A stretch of DNA of 64,000 nt from Candidatus Sediminicultor quintus (GTDB lineage Bacteria > Atribacterota > Phoenicimicrobiia > Phoenicimicrobiales > Phoenicimicrobiaceae): contig MEYH01000022.1 of assembly GCA_001773955.1 (NCBI GenBank), forward strand, positions 3,606-67,605. Direction: 5' to 3'. Of the stretch, positions 1-9,249 are shown in pieces. The translations under genes and the position numbers were made by a program. The stretch's first letter is position 1. Every line of letters starts with the position of its first letter. Below the pieces are notes generated by a model. That model had not been told where the DNA came from and did not search any database. It saw nothing but the letters and a program-made list of their open reading frames with translations.

Positions 1-499
1 CCAATTTGGCTGCCTGTATAAATGGTTCTCCGGTAAAAACTAAGGCAGCTGCTACCATTACCCCACTTAATAATACCGCTAAAAATCCGCAAACAAAAGC
101 CAGGATTAGGACAATAAAATTATTCTCACTTCTAACCCCCCGATTAAAAAGATAAAAACAGATAATAGCCGGCAAGGCCATATTAAAAGTATTGACTCCC
201 AAGGTGGTAATGCCTCCGAATTGAAAGAGCACACCTTGTAAAGCAAGAGCAACCAATATCGCCGGAAAGGCAGACCAACCCAATAATACTCCCGTTACTC
301 CATTTAAAATCAAATGCACACTTGAAGGACCTAAGGGAACGTGAATTAAAGAAGCCACAAAAAAAACAGAAGATAGAATGGCTACTTTAGGCATTTGCTT
401 ATAATCCATTTTTTTTAAACCATAGCCTACTGCTGTAGCAGTCAAGCTTACCCCCGTAATTAATACCGGAGCAGATAGTATTCCTTCTGAAATATGCAT
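1..499 (-). CDS. cbiM: CbiM/NikM-type Ni/Co ECF-transporter substrate-specific component; C-terminus truncated by the window edge
   Basis: Reverse-strand translation starts MHISEGILSAPVLITG... (the classic CbiM N-terminus) and is multi-TM; ATG at 497-499. Confidence 0.8.
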   Translation of the reverse strand, partial: MHISEGILSAPVLITGVSLTATAVGYGLKKMDYKQMPKVAILSSVFFVASLIHVPLGPSSVHLILNGVTGVLLGWSAFPAILVALALQGVLFQFGGITTLGVNTFNMALPAIICFYLFNRGVRSENNFIVLILAFVCGFLAVLLSGVMVAAALVFTGEPFIQAAKL

Positions 500-520
500 A
501 AAGTATTTCCTTTCTACTAT

Positions 521-1306
521 TTATTCCATATCATAAGTTTTAACCCAGAGCACTGCTCCTATTTCTACTGATTTCTCTTCTCCATTATGTTTTATCTTCT
601 CTTCATCTTCATTAAGAGCAGCAAATCCCCACCATCCTGCTTTGGGCATAGCATAAGTGAATACCCCGTTCTGGTCAGTTTTAATTACCTGGGTAATCAT
701 AGGGTCAGCAAGCCATCTAATCTTGCCATCTTGATTGTAATATTCTACTTCTACTTCCGCATAGGGCACTGCTGCTCCCTTAACTTTCACCATCCCCTGA
801 AAAACATTTCCAGTCCAAAGACCATATGGCCGAGTCAAAGGAACGATCTCTGTCTTTAGTCCTACTTCTTCATCCCAACCTACTTCCAGGCCAAGGGCAT
901 TTACAATCACTTTAGTATAGTGAATAATAAAACAGTCCTCTGCAGGCTCCCAATAAGGTTGAGGCTCAACATAAAAGATTTGGTCACCCGGTCGTTGTAT
1001 CTGATAATTAGCCTCCCAGGTAGTACAATCATTAATTCTTTTCTCCTGAAGAGTATTTAACAAATCAATTTTCTTGCCCTGAACCAAAACTCCAAATTGC
1101 ACGGGTTCAGCCATCTCCATATAATCCCCTTCCATGGGATGAATAAATTGTACTTTTAAAGTAATGCTTTTGTTGTCATCCTGGGTGATCATATCATCAG
1201 AGGGGATTACCATCCCGAAATGAGCACTTGCCACCATCAAACTCCCGAGTAAAAATACTGCCACCAAACTAAAAATTAAAACCGCTCTAAACTTTAAATT
1301 CTTCAC
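521..1306 (-). CDS. DUF4198-family periplasmic nickel/cobalt uptake component with signal peptide; auxiliary subunit of a NikMN/CbiMN transporter
   Basis: 261-aa ORF with an N-terminal signal/TM segment, lying immediately upstream of cbiM on the same strand; typical DUF4198 context. Confidence 0.6.
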   Translation of the reverse strand: MKNLKFRAVLIFSLVAVFLLGSLMVASAHFGMVIPSDDMITQDDNKSITLKVQFIHPMEGDYMEMAEPVQFGVLVQGKKIDLLNTLQEKRINDCTTWEANYQIQRPGDQIFYVEPQPYWEPAEDCFIIHYTKVIVNALGLEVGWDEEVGLKTEIVPLTRPYGLWTGNVFQGMVKVKGAAVPYAEVEVEYYNQDGKIRWLADPMITQVIKTDQNGVFTYAMPKAGWWGFAALNEDEEKIKHNGEEKSVEIGAVLWVKTYDME

Positions 1307-1520
1307 ATCTTTCCTCCTGACTTTTATTAATTATCCTATTGTTTTTAATGTAGGGGTCGAATTTATTCGACCCGAGTTTTACGGGCTTGATAAATCAAGC
1401 CCCTACTTCTCTCTGTAAACTTGTAACTCGCGACCTTCAACTTGCAACCCGTTACTCATTACTTATCACTTATTACTGTATTTTCTATATACTATTTTCA
1501 ATTTCGTGTTACGCATAAGA

Positions 1521-1544
1521 CAAAAAATATAAGGCTATAAGCCT
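1521..1544 (-). terminator. Rho-independent terminator downstream of nikR
   Basis: Hairpin aggcttatagcct followed by a T-run on the minus strand, directly after the nikR stop. Confidence 0.55.
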
Positions 1545-1579
1545 CTTTTTGTAATTTAAATTTGAAAACTATTCTCTTT

Positions 1580-1999
1580 TCAAACCAGTTCTTTCCCGGT
1601 AGTAGCTATAGATAAAGATCCGTATTTTACCCCTTTAGTTACTCTTAATTTATCAGCCAGCTCTCTCGCCTCTGTCGGCTTACCTCTTACCACTATTATC
1701 TCCAAACAATTATTATGATCCAAATGAATGTGCTGGCTGGAGATAATCAACTGGTGAAAATCATGCTGGATATCGGTTAAGGTGTTTACTAACTCTCTCT
1801 TGTGGTGGTCGAATACTAAAGTAATGGCTCCGGCAACTTCTTTCCCTTCTGTCCATTCTTTCTTAACCAGATTCTCTCTGATTAAATCTCGTATTGCCTC
1901 CGAGCGATTGGGATATTTTTTCTCTTTGCTGAGTCTATCAAATTTTTCCAAGAGTTCTTTTTCTAAAGATACTCCAAAACGGACTATTTCCGACATCAA
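1580..1999 (-). CDS. nikR: Nickel-responsive transcriptional regulator NikR (ribbon-helix-helix plus nickel-binding domain)
   Basis: 139 aa with an N-terminal RHH and C-terminal His/Cys-rich motifs (HHKRE...HxHxDHNNC) typical of NikR. Confidence 0.85.
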   Translation of the reverse strand: MMSEIVRFGVSLEKELLEKFDRLSKEKKYPNRSEAIRDLIRENLVKKEWTEGKEVAGAITLVFDHHKRELVNTLTDIQHDFHQLIISSQHIHLDHNNCLEIIVVRGKPTEARELADKLRVTKGVKYGSLSIATTGKELV

Positions 2000-2104
2000 T
2001 CCCTACCTTTGTTATTGGTAAATATTACTATTTTCAAAATAATAACACGATAATTCTATCCTGTCAAGGTTTTAACTTTTAACTAACAAGTTTTAATTTT
2101 ACTA

Positions 2105-3241
2105 TTATTTATCTAAAAGTTTTGATTCGTCGTAAGATATTTTATTCTTCTTTTTATCCTGGTGTCTTTCTAAGGCAAGCTGAATTAATTGGTCGATTAA
2201 ATCAGGATAAGAAACGCCGCTCGCCTCCCACAGACGGGGGTACATACTAACAGAAGTAAAACCGGGGATGGTATTAATTTCACTTAAATATATTTTATTT
2301 TCTTTTTTGCTGACAAAAAAATCTACTCGAGCCATCCCGGCAGCATCAACAGCTTTAAAGGCACGAAGGGCAATCTCCTGAACTTCTTGGGATACTCCAT
2401 CAGATAAATCTGCTGGGACAATTAATTGAGTTTCCTTATTAATATATTTTGAATCATAATCGTAAAATTCTCCTGCCGGTATGACTTCTCCTACTACTGA
2501 AGCCCGGGGTTCATCATTACCTAAAACACCGCATTCCATCTCTCTTACTTCTTCTAATCCCTCTTCGATCAAAATCTTTCTATCATAAGAAGAGGCTAAA
2601 TCTATTGCCCCCTCCAATTCTTCTTTCTCGTGAACTTTAGTTATCCCTACACTCGAACCCAAATTAGTGGGCTTTACAAAGAGAGGATATTCAAAGCCAT
2701 TCTCAATTGAGGACAGGATTTTCTCTTTGTCTTTTTGCCACTCTTTTCTCCTAATAGTCATCCACTTTAATATGGGTAAATCCCTCTGTTGAAATATTGT
2801 CTTCATTAAATCTTTGTCCATAGAAATTGCGGAGGCTGCCACTCCCGCTCCCACATAAGGAATATTAGCTACTTCCAGGAGGCCCTGTACTGTTCCATCC
2901 TCTCCATAAGGACCGTGTAATACCGGGAAGATTACGTCTACTCTTTCTAAAGCCGATCTTTTATCTGATCTTTGATTATTGTCTGTGCGAATCAGGGCAT
3001 TACCGGAAGGATCATTCAATAAAATCACCGTACTTTTCCCTTCTATTTTGCCAGATTGAAGAGCTAATTCAGAATCCTGGGGAGATATCCATCTGCCTTC
3101 TTTAGTTATACCGATAGGTACTATGGTATATTTATCTTTATTTATTGCTTTAATAATTGAGGAGGCGGAACAAAAAGAAACCTCATGCTCTCCCGACCTT
3201 CCTCCAAAAATTAGTCCTACTCTTATTTTTTTTACTCCCAT
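2105..3241 (-). CDS. ddl: D-alanine--D-alanine ligase
   Basis: 378-aa ATP-grasp protein; N-terminus KIRVGLIFGGRSGEHEVS is a Ddl signature. Confidence 0.9.
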   Translation of the reverse strand: MGVKKIRVGLIFGGRSGEHEVSFCSASSIIKAINKDKYTIVPIGITKEGRWISPQDSELALQSGKIEGKSTVILLNDPSGNALIRTDNNQRSDKRSALERVDVIFPVLHGPYGEDGTVQGLLEVANIPYVGAGVAASAISMDKDLMKTIFQQRDLPILKWMTIRRKEWQKDKEKILSSIENGFEYPLFVKPTNLGSSVGITKVHEKEELEGAIDLASSYDRKILIEEGLEEVREMECGVLGNDEPRASVVGEVIPAGEFYDYDSKYINKETQLIVPADLSDGVSQEVQEIALRAFKAVDAAGMARVDFFVSKKENKIYLSEINTIPGFTSVSMYPRLWEASGVSYPDLIDQLIQLALERHQDKKKNKISYDESKLLDK

Positions 3242-3283
3242 ATTATATTACGCCCTTCTTATATTTTCTGATAAATTTTATTC

Positions 3284-4162
3284 TTACAAATTTAATATCT
3301 CTATAGTTCCTTCTTCAATATCTAAATATAGCAGTTTATTCCGAAAGAGTTTACCTCTTTTTAATAATATTTTAATCACTTCTTGGGCTTCCAAAGAGGC
3401 AATTAAGGCAGGAGTTACCGTAGGAGCACCTAATTCTAGCTCACTGCCATGTTCAGGTAAATCTTTATTAGAGCCATAGATTAATTCTAATCCTTTATCC
3501 TCCGGAAAGATAGTGGTAAGCTGGCCATTAAATCCCGCTATAGCACCATGAACCAAGGGGATTTTTAAATCTCGACAAGCTTTTTGAAGCACAAAACGAG
3601 AAGGAAGGTTGTCCAAAGCATCTATTACTACCTCTGCTCCTTCAATAATTTTTTTTACATTGTCCGAATTAATGAAAACAGAATGTCCAAGAATCTCTAC
3701 TGAAGAATTTATTTCTTTTACCCTCTTTACTGCGGCCTCACTCTTAATCTGCCCTAAATTGGTTTCATTGGAAAGTATCTGCCGATTTAAATTACTGTCT
3801 ACTACTATATCTTTATCAGCAATGATAAGTTTTCCAATTCCCATCCTGGTCAAAAGCTCTAATATTGTCCCTCCTAATCCGCCAGCTCCGATTATAGCTA
3901 CTTTTGACTGAAGCAATTTTACTTGTTCGAGAGGACTGATTACTCCCAAATTACGGTGATAACGTTCGGGAATTATATTACTTTTCAGAGCTAATATCTC
4001 TATCTTTCTGCTCGGTAATTGAAATTTATCAGCCATCTCTTTAACCTGATTTAATGAAACACTATCATATTTTTCACCAGCAGAATTTATCGCTTCTCTT
4101 CTTGTTTTCTTTAATTCTTTGAGAATCATTTCTTTTTTTTCATTTTTCGTATTTTCTTTCAT
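3284..4162 (-). CDS. ThiF/MoeB/HesA-family E1-like adenylyltransferase
   Basis: Rossmann motif AIIGAGGLGG...DKDIVVDSNLNRQ. Confidence 0.7.
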   Translation of the reverse strand: MKENTKNEKKEMILKELKKTRREAINSAGEKYDSVSLNQVKEMADKFQLPSRKIEILALKSNIIPERYHRNLGVISPLEQVKLLQSKVAIIGAGGLGGTILELLTRMGIGKLIIADKDIVVDSNLNRQILSNETNLGQIKSEAAVKRVKEINSSVEILGHSVFINSDNVKKIIEGAEVVIDALDNLPSRFVLQKACRDLKIPLVHGAIAGFNGQLTTIFPEDKGLELIYGSNKDLPEHGSELELGAPTVTPALIASLEAQEVIKILLKRGKLFRNKLLYLDIEEGTIEILNL

Positions 4163-4280
4163 GAGATTCGCCCTTATTTACTTATATTACTTATATTGTA
4201 TAATGAGTTGAGATTATCTGGGCGTATGCAATACGCCCTTACTCATTTCTCTTTTTATTTTCTTTACTATATACTCGATA

Positions 4281-5615
4281 CTATATACTATCTTTATACT
4301 TGGCTTTTAATTTTTCCAATCTTTGCTTAATCTCTTTTTCAAATCCCCTATCGGTAGGAAAATAATATTTTCTTCCTTTTAGCTCCTTGGGAAGATGTTC
4401 CTGAACAATATAGCCTCCTTCAAAATTGTGAGCATATTTATAGCCTTTACCATAATCTAAATTCTTCATTAGCGTAGTGGGGGCATTGCGAATTACCAGA
4501 GGAACTGGCAGTGGTCCCCACCTTTTAATGTCTTCCTGGGTAAGTTGATAACCCTTGTAGAGGGCATTACTCTTGGGGGCACAGGCTAAATAGGTAGCGG
4601 TCTGAGCTAAAGCTAAATTTCCTTCAGGCATTCCTAAAAAATGGACTGCCTGCATAGCTGCTACTGCTACCTGTAAGGCCTGGGGGTCAGCATTTCCTAT
4701 GTCTTCTGAGGCAAATCTCACCAGACGCCGGGCAACATAAAGGGGATTTTCTCCGGCTTCTAACATACGGGCTACCCAGTAAATAGCAGCATCGGGGTCG
4801 GAATCGCGCATGCTCTTGTGGAGGGCAGAGATAATATTGTAATGTTCTTCCCCGGTTTTATCGTAACGCAGACATCTCTTTTGGACTACCTCTTCGATAA
4901 TTTTCAAACTTATATTTCTTATACCCTGTGTATCTGGCTTGGTAGTTATCACTGCAAATTCTAAGATATTTAAAGCTATACGGGCATCTCCATAAGCAAG
5001 TTCAACAATAAAATCTAAAACTTTTGGTTCTAATTTCAGTTTATATTTTCCCAGACCTTTTTCTTTATCCAGCAAAGCCTTTTCCAAAATATTGTTCAAG
5101 TCTTCCGGAGATAATGGTTCTAATATATAAACAGTTGACCTGGATAAAAGAGGGGGAATAACCTCAAAAGAAGGATTTTCGGTGGTGGCTCCAATTAAGA
5201 TTATGGTTCCATCTTCTACGTAGGGTAAAAAAGCATCCTGTTGTGCTTTGTTAAACCTATGAATTTCATCCACAAATAAAATAGTTCTTTGGTGATGATA
5301 CCTTCTTCGGTCCTGGGCTTCTTTGATAATCTTTCGTAAGGCAGGTACACCTGAAATAGCCGCGCTGAAAGGGACAAAATGGGTCTTAGTTATTTTGGCT
5401 ATAATTCTGGCTAAAGTTGTTTTTCCAGAACCAGGCGGACCCCAGAGAAGAATCGATTGAAGTTCATCTTCTTCGATAGCCTGACGTAAAGGCTTACCCG
5501 GACCAATAATATTATCCTGTCCTAAAAAATCCTCTAATCTTTCCGGCCTGATTCTATCGGCAAGAGGGGCATTATTATTCATTTTATTTTTTTCATAATT
5601 TTCAAAAAGATTCAT
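4281..5615 (-). CDS. rarA: Replication-associated recombination protein A (RarA/MgsA AAA+ ATPase)
   Basis: Walker A LWGPPGSGKTTLARIIA, then the AAA+ lid and MgsA C-terminal domain. Confidence 0.85.
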   Translation of the reverse strand: MNLFENYEKNKMNNNAPLADRIRPERLEDFLGQDNIIGPGKPLRQAIEEDELQSILLWGPPGSGKTTLARIIAKITKTHFVPFSAAISGVPALRKIIKEAQDRRRYHHQRTILFVDEIHRFNKAQQDAFLPYVEDGTIILIGATTENPSFEVIPPLLSRSTVYILEPLSPEDLNNILEKALLDKEKGLGKYKLKLEPKVLDFIVELAYGDARIALNILEFAVITTKPDTQGIRNISLKIIEEVVQKRCLRYDKTGEEHYNIISALHKSMRDSDPDAAIYWVARMLEAGENPLYVARRLVRFASEDIGNADPQALQVAVAAMQAVHFLGMPEGNLALAQTATYLACAPKSNALYKGYQLTQEDIKRWGPLPVPLVIRNAPTTLMKNLDYGKGYKYAHNFEGGYIVQEHLPKELKGRKYYFPTDRGFEKEIKQRLEKLKAKYKDSI

Positions 5616-5691
5616 TTAAATTCCACCAAAATATTCTTTATATTTTCATTCTTGTCTCTTTATTACATTTTTCTTTATTATACTATATCTT

Positions 5692-6252
5692 TTATTTAAA
5701 ATTTTCAAATTCATCTTTTAATATCCCCATTAAGATTACATCATAATATTTTCCGCCATAAAATTGACCTTTTCTTAACCTTCCCTCTTCTTTAAATCCG
5801 CATTTCTCATAACAGCGTACACCCCTCTGATTATAATCGAAAACTCGAAGATATACTTTATATAAATTCATCTGATTAAAAGCATGGTTAAGCAGAATTT
5901 TTATGGCATCTGCGCCATAACCTTTGCCCCAATATTCTTTATTACCGATTACAATCCCCAATTCTGCATTTCTATTCTTCCAATCAATTTTATGTAAACT
6001 AATCTGACCTATATAATCTCCTTCTTTGGTTTCCATAACCAGATTCTTCTCCGTATCATTATGACTCATCGCTCTTTCTAAAAACTTTTCCTCTTCGGTC
6101 CGAGAAACCGGATATAGAAAGGCAGATAAATACTTAGTAACCTCCCAATCATTTACCCATTTCATTATTTCTTCCAAGTCTTTCTTCTCTATAGCCCTTA
6201 AGTTTACTAATTTCCCTTTAAGCATATCCTCCCTCTTTTCAAAATGTAACAT
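5692..6252 (-). CDS. GNAT family N-acetyltransferase (RimJ/RimL-like)
   Basis: 186 aa with GNAT core motifs. Confidence 0.75.
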   Translation of the reverse strand: MLHFEKREDMLKGKLVNLRAIEKKDLEEIMKWVNDWEVTKYLSAFLYPVSRTEEEKFLERAMSHNDTEKNLVMETKEGDYIGQISLHKIDWKNRNAELGIVIGNKEYWGKGYGADAIKILLNHAFNQMNLYKVYLRVFDYNQRGVRCYEKCGFKEEGRLRKGQFYGGKYYDVILMGILKDEFENFK

Positions 6253-6434
6253 CTTGTACCCGGTACAAAATATTACCTCTTTAAAAAAATATAAATTTAT
6301 TTTCTATTATAGCAGGAATTTTAAATTATTTGTAGAAAGTATATACAGTATCGAATATCGAGTTAAGAAAGCGAAAGAAAAGATAGAAAAAATGGCATTT
6401 TAAGTTTACACTAACCAAGAAGGAGGTTTATTCA

Positions 6435-8102
6435 ATGGTTAATAAATTAAAGATAGCCTGTCTCCAAGTAAGTGCACGAGAGTATAGTGATAGATTTGAA
6501 AATAGAGAAAATATATTAAAAATGATTGACAAGGCAGCGGATTCACACCCTCAATTAATGGTTTTACCGGAATGTGTTTATCCGGCGTATTATATTTCTC
6601 CGCTTATAGTGAAAAATTCTTTAGAATTCCAGAAATCAACTCTGGTGCTAATTACCGAAGTGAAACAAAGGGCTAAACTGTATAAATGCTACATAGCTTT
6701 AGGGATAGTTGAAACTGACCCAATCGAAAATATTCTTTACAATTCTGCTTTACTTATCAATCCGGAAGGTCAAGAGATAAGCTGCTTCCGAAAATCTTTC
6801 CTATGGCATTTTGATTCTCACTGGTTCTGTGCCGGTGAAGAATATCCGGTAATTGAGACCGAATTCGGAAAAATAGGAATGTTTATCTGTTCTGATGGAC
6901 GACTCCCTGAAATAGTCCGTTGTTTGAGTTTACAGGGAGCGGATATTTTGCTTGACCTTACCAACTGGGTCACCTCAGGATTTGAAAAAGAAAACCTTAC
7001 CAACCCTCAGGTAGAATATATGATTCCTACACGAGCCCTGGAGAACCGGGTGTGGATAATTGCTGCCAATAAAGTGGGAATGGAGGCAAAGAGTATATTA
7101 TATTGTGGGAAAAGCGCTGTCTTTGCACCCGATGGCCAGATAGCCAAAATTGCCTCGTCTTGCCAGGAAGAGATTCTCTTTTATGAAATTTCCCTTGAGG
7201 AAGCCATAAATAAATCCATCGATAACCAAATTAATATAATTAGTGATAGAAGACCGGAATTATATTCCGAATTGGTTCAACCCACTGATACTTTACCTAT
7301 CTATTCTATTATGAAAAAAAAGACTGGCCCTAAAAATCCAAATCCGTTTACCGCAGTAGTGCAAATAGAATTTGAAGATAATTTTAAAAAATATCTCCAA
7401 AAGATAGAATTATTTATAAATAATCTATTAGAACAGGAGGCTGATATTATTATCTTTCCCGAATGTGATTTTATCTTCCCCGAAAATGGAGAGGAGATCA
7501 TCCATAAAATCAAGCAAATAACTAAGGGTAGGAAAGCGCTCTGCGCTATTACCCTAGTCGAAAAAGCAGACGAGTCCTATTATAAAACCACTTTTCTTAT
7601 AGAATCGGGTAAACTCCGGGGAAAATACCGAAAAACCCATATAGAAAGAGAAGAAAAGAGCCTTTTTTCTCCTGGAGATTTAGGCCTTCCGGTATTTAAA
7701 ACTTCTTATGGTTACGTGGGAGTAATGATAGGTTATGAAGGAATTTTCCCTGAAATAGCCCGTACCCTAACCCTTAAAGGGTCTGATATAATTATCTGGC
7801 CCAGTAAATTTTGCAATGATAGACAGATCATTATCTGCCGCAGCAGGGGGGCAGAAAACAAAATATTTGTCGCCTGTTCTAATTCTATTTCTCATCAAAG
7901 TAATGGTCATAGCTTGATCACTTCTCCTTCAGGACAAATATTAACCTCTTGTCTGGGTAAAACTGAACAAACCAGCCTTTCTTCGCTTAATCTTTTGCTT
8001 TCTCGAAATAAAAACATTGTCCCCCATACCAATACAATCTTAAACAGGAAACCAGATACTTATAAAATTTTGTTAAACAATATTCATATAGAGGAGAAAT
8101 AA
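6435..8102 (+). CDS. Tandem carbon-nitrogen hydrolase (nitrilase superfamily) protein with two CN-hydrolase domains in one polypeptide
   Basis: Two repeats of the CN-hydrolase pattern (…LMVLPECVYPAY… and …IIIFPECDF…, each with a downstream catalytic Cys region); AGGAGG RBS. Confidence 0.7.
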   Translation: MVNKLKIACLQVSAREYSDRFENRENILKMIDKAADSHPQLMVLPECVYPAYYISPLIVKNSLEFQKSTLVLITEVKQRAKLYKCYIALGIVETDPIENILYNSALLINPEGQEISCFRKSFLWHFDSHWFCAGEEYPVIETEFGKIGMFICSDGRLPEIVRCLSLQGADILLDLTNWVTSGFEKENLTNPQVEYMIPTRALENRVWIIAANKVGMEAKSILYCGKSAVFAPDGQIAKIASSCQEEILFYEISLEEAINKSIDNQINIISDRRPELYSELVQPTDTLPIYSIMKKKTGPKNPNPFTAVVQIEFEDNFKKYLQKIELFINNLLEQEADIIIFPECDFIFPENGEEIIHKIKQITKGRKALCAITLVEKADESYYKTTFLIESGKLRGKYRKTHIEREEKSLFSPGDLGLPVFKTSYGYVGVMIGYEGIFPEIARTLTLKGSDIIIWPSKFCNDRQIIICRSRGAENKIFVACSNSISHQSNGHSLITSPSGQILTSCLGKTEQTSLSSLNLLLSRNKNIVPHTNTILNRKPDTYKILLNNIHIEEK

Positions 8103-8104
8103 AA

Positions 8105-9007
8105 TTGAAAGCAGAACTTATTGTTAATTTAACCGCAGGCGGGGGGAAACCCCATAAACATTTAAATACAGTCTTAAAACATCTAAAGGAAAATGGACTA
8201 AATTTTAAGGTGTGCACCACTTCCCATCAAGGAGAAGCGGTGGAACTAGCCCAAAAGGCTGCTGACAACGGCGCAGAACTCATTGTATCAGTAGGCGGGG
8301 ACGGAACAGTCAATGAAATAGTAAATGGAATTATGAAATCAAAAAATGACCCACCTTTAGGGATAATCCCTTTAGGGTGGGCTAATGATTTTATTAAAAG
8401 CACGAACATTCCCTCTGATATAATGGAAGCTTGCAAAATTTTAGTTCGGGGGAAGATTAAAAAAATAGATATAGGAATAATTAATGAAAAAATATATTTT
8501 GCTAACATCTGTGGGGTAGGATTTGATGCAGAAGTAGCCCAACTTGCCAATCGAATGAAAAGTAAGCACCCCAATTTGCACATTCTTAGTGCATTTGTTT
8601 ATGTCTTCGCTACCGTAAAAAAACTTCTTTCTCCTTTTAGCTGCCATAATGTAAAAATAAAATTTGATGGGCAAGAAATCCATTCTAAAATTCTATTTAT
8701 TGCCATCAGTAATGGAAAATTCTACGGAGGAAGATTTAAAATTACTCCGGAAGCTATATTAGATGATGGTTTGTTCGAAGTATGCGTGGTAGAAGAGATG
8801 GGAAGACTAAAATATCTTATGAGCATCCCTAAGGTATTTAAAGGTACACATGGAAGTATTAAAGGAATCAATTTTTATAGAGCTAAAGAGATAATAATTA
8901 AATCTTCGAAACCAATTCTGGCTCAGGTAAGTGGTGAAGTGATTGAAGGTCAGAAGGAATTTACTATCACTCTTCTGCCCAAAAGATTAAAATTGATTGT
9001 CCCTTAA
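8105..9007 (+). CDS. Diacylglycerol kinase catalytic-domain / YegS-like lipid kinase
   Basis: SVGGDGTVNEIVNG motif of the DAGK_cat family; 300 aa. Confidence 0.8.
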   Translation: MKAELIVNLTAGGGKPHKHLNTVLKHLKENGLNFKVCTTSHQGEAVELAQKAADNGAELIVSVGGDGTVNEIVNGIMKSKNDPPLGIIPLGWANDFIKSTNIPSDIMEACKILVRGKIKKIDIGIINEKIYFANICGVGFDAEVAQLANRMKSKHPNLHILSAFVYVFATVKKLLSPFSCHNVKIKFDGQEIHSKILFIAISNGKFYGGRFKITPEAILDDGLFEVCVVEEMGRLKYLMSIPKVFKGTHGSIKGINFYRAKEIIIKSSKPILAQVSGEVIEGQKEFTITLLPKRLKLIVP

Positions 9008-9249
9008 CTTGGACAAAATAGTCGTTAGTCGTTAGTGAATAGTCGTTAGTAAAGAAAACACAAAGAAAAAATATAAAATAAATTATTTAGTTGGGAATAG
9101 ATTGTAAGAAAATATATAATATGCTTTGGGGGCACAATGCATTGTGTCTCTATACCCAAATCCCAATTTTTTGTTCGATGCAAGATATGCTCTACGCTAA
9201 TCTTACACTAATGGCTAATTTAATTGGTAAATTGGTGAATTAAGACAAA

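Noticed and set aside
587-859. Numerous short ORFs from the six-frame track that overlap strong annotated genes on the opposite strand or in other frames. Examples are 587-859+, 1782-2021+, 3123-3479+, 6818-7003-, 8227-8583-, 15108-15380-, 33329-33691+, 47301-47627+, 48540-48950+ and 54096-54458+
   Set aside because: All lie inside well-supported genes with recognisable families. They have low-complexity or AT-codon-biased translations and lack an RBS. They are treated as spurious shadow ORFs.
1360-1374. 15-mer AATTTATTCGACCCG shared between the nik leader (1360) and the hisD-HAD gap (41553)
   Set aside because: A single exact 15-mer match in an AT-rich 64-kb window is within chance expectation. 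Only the hairpin half-site is shared. It is not called a repeat family on its own.
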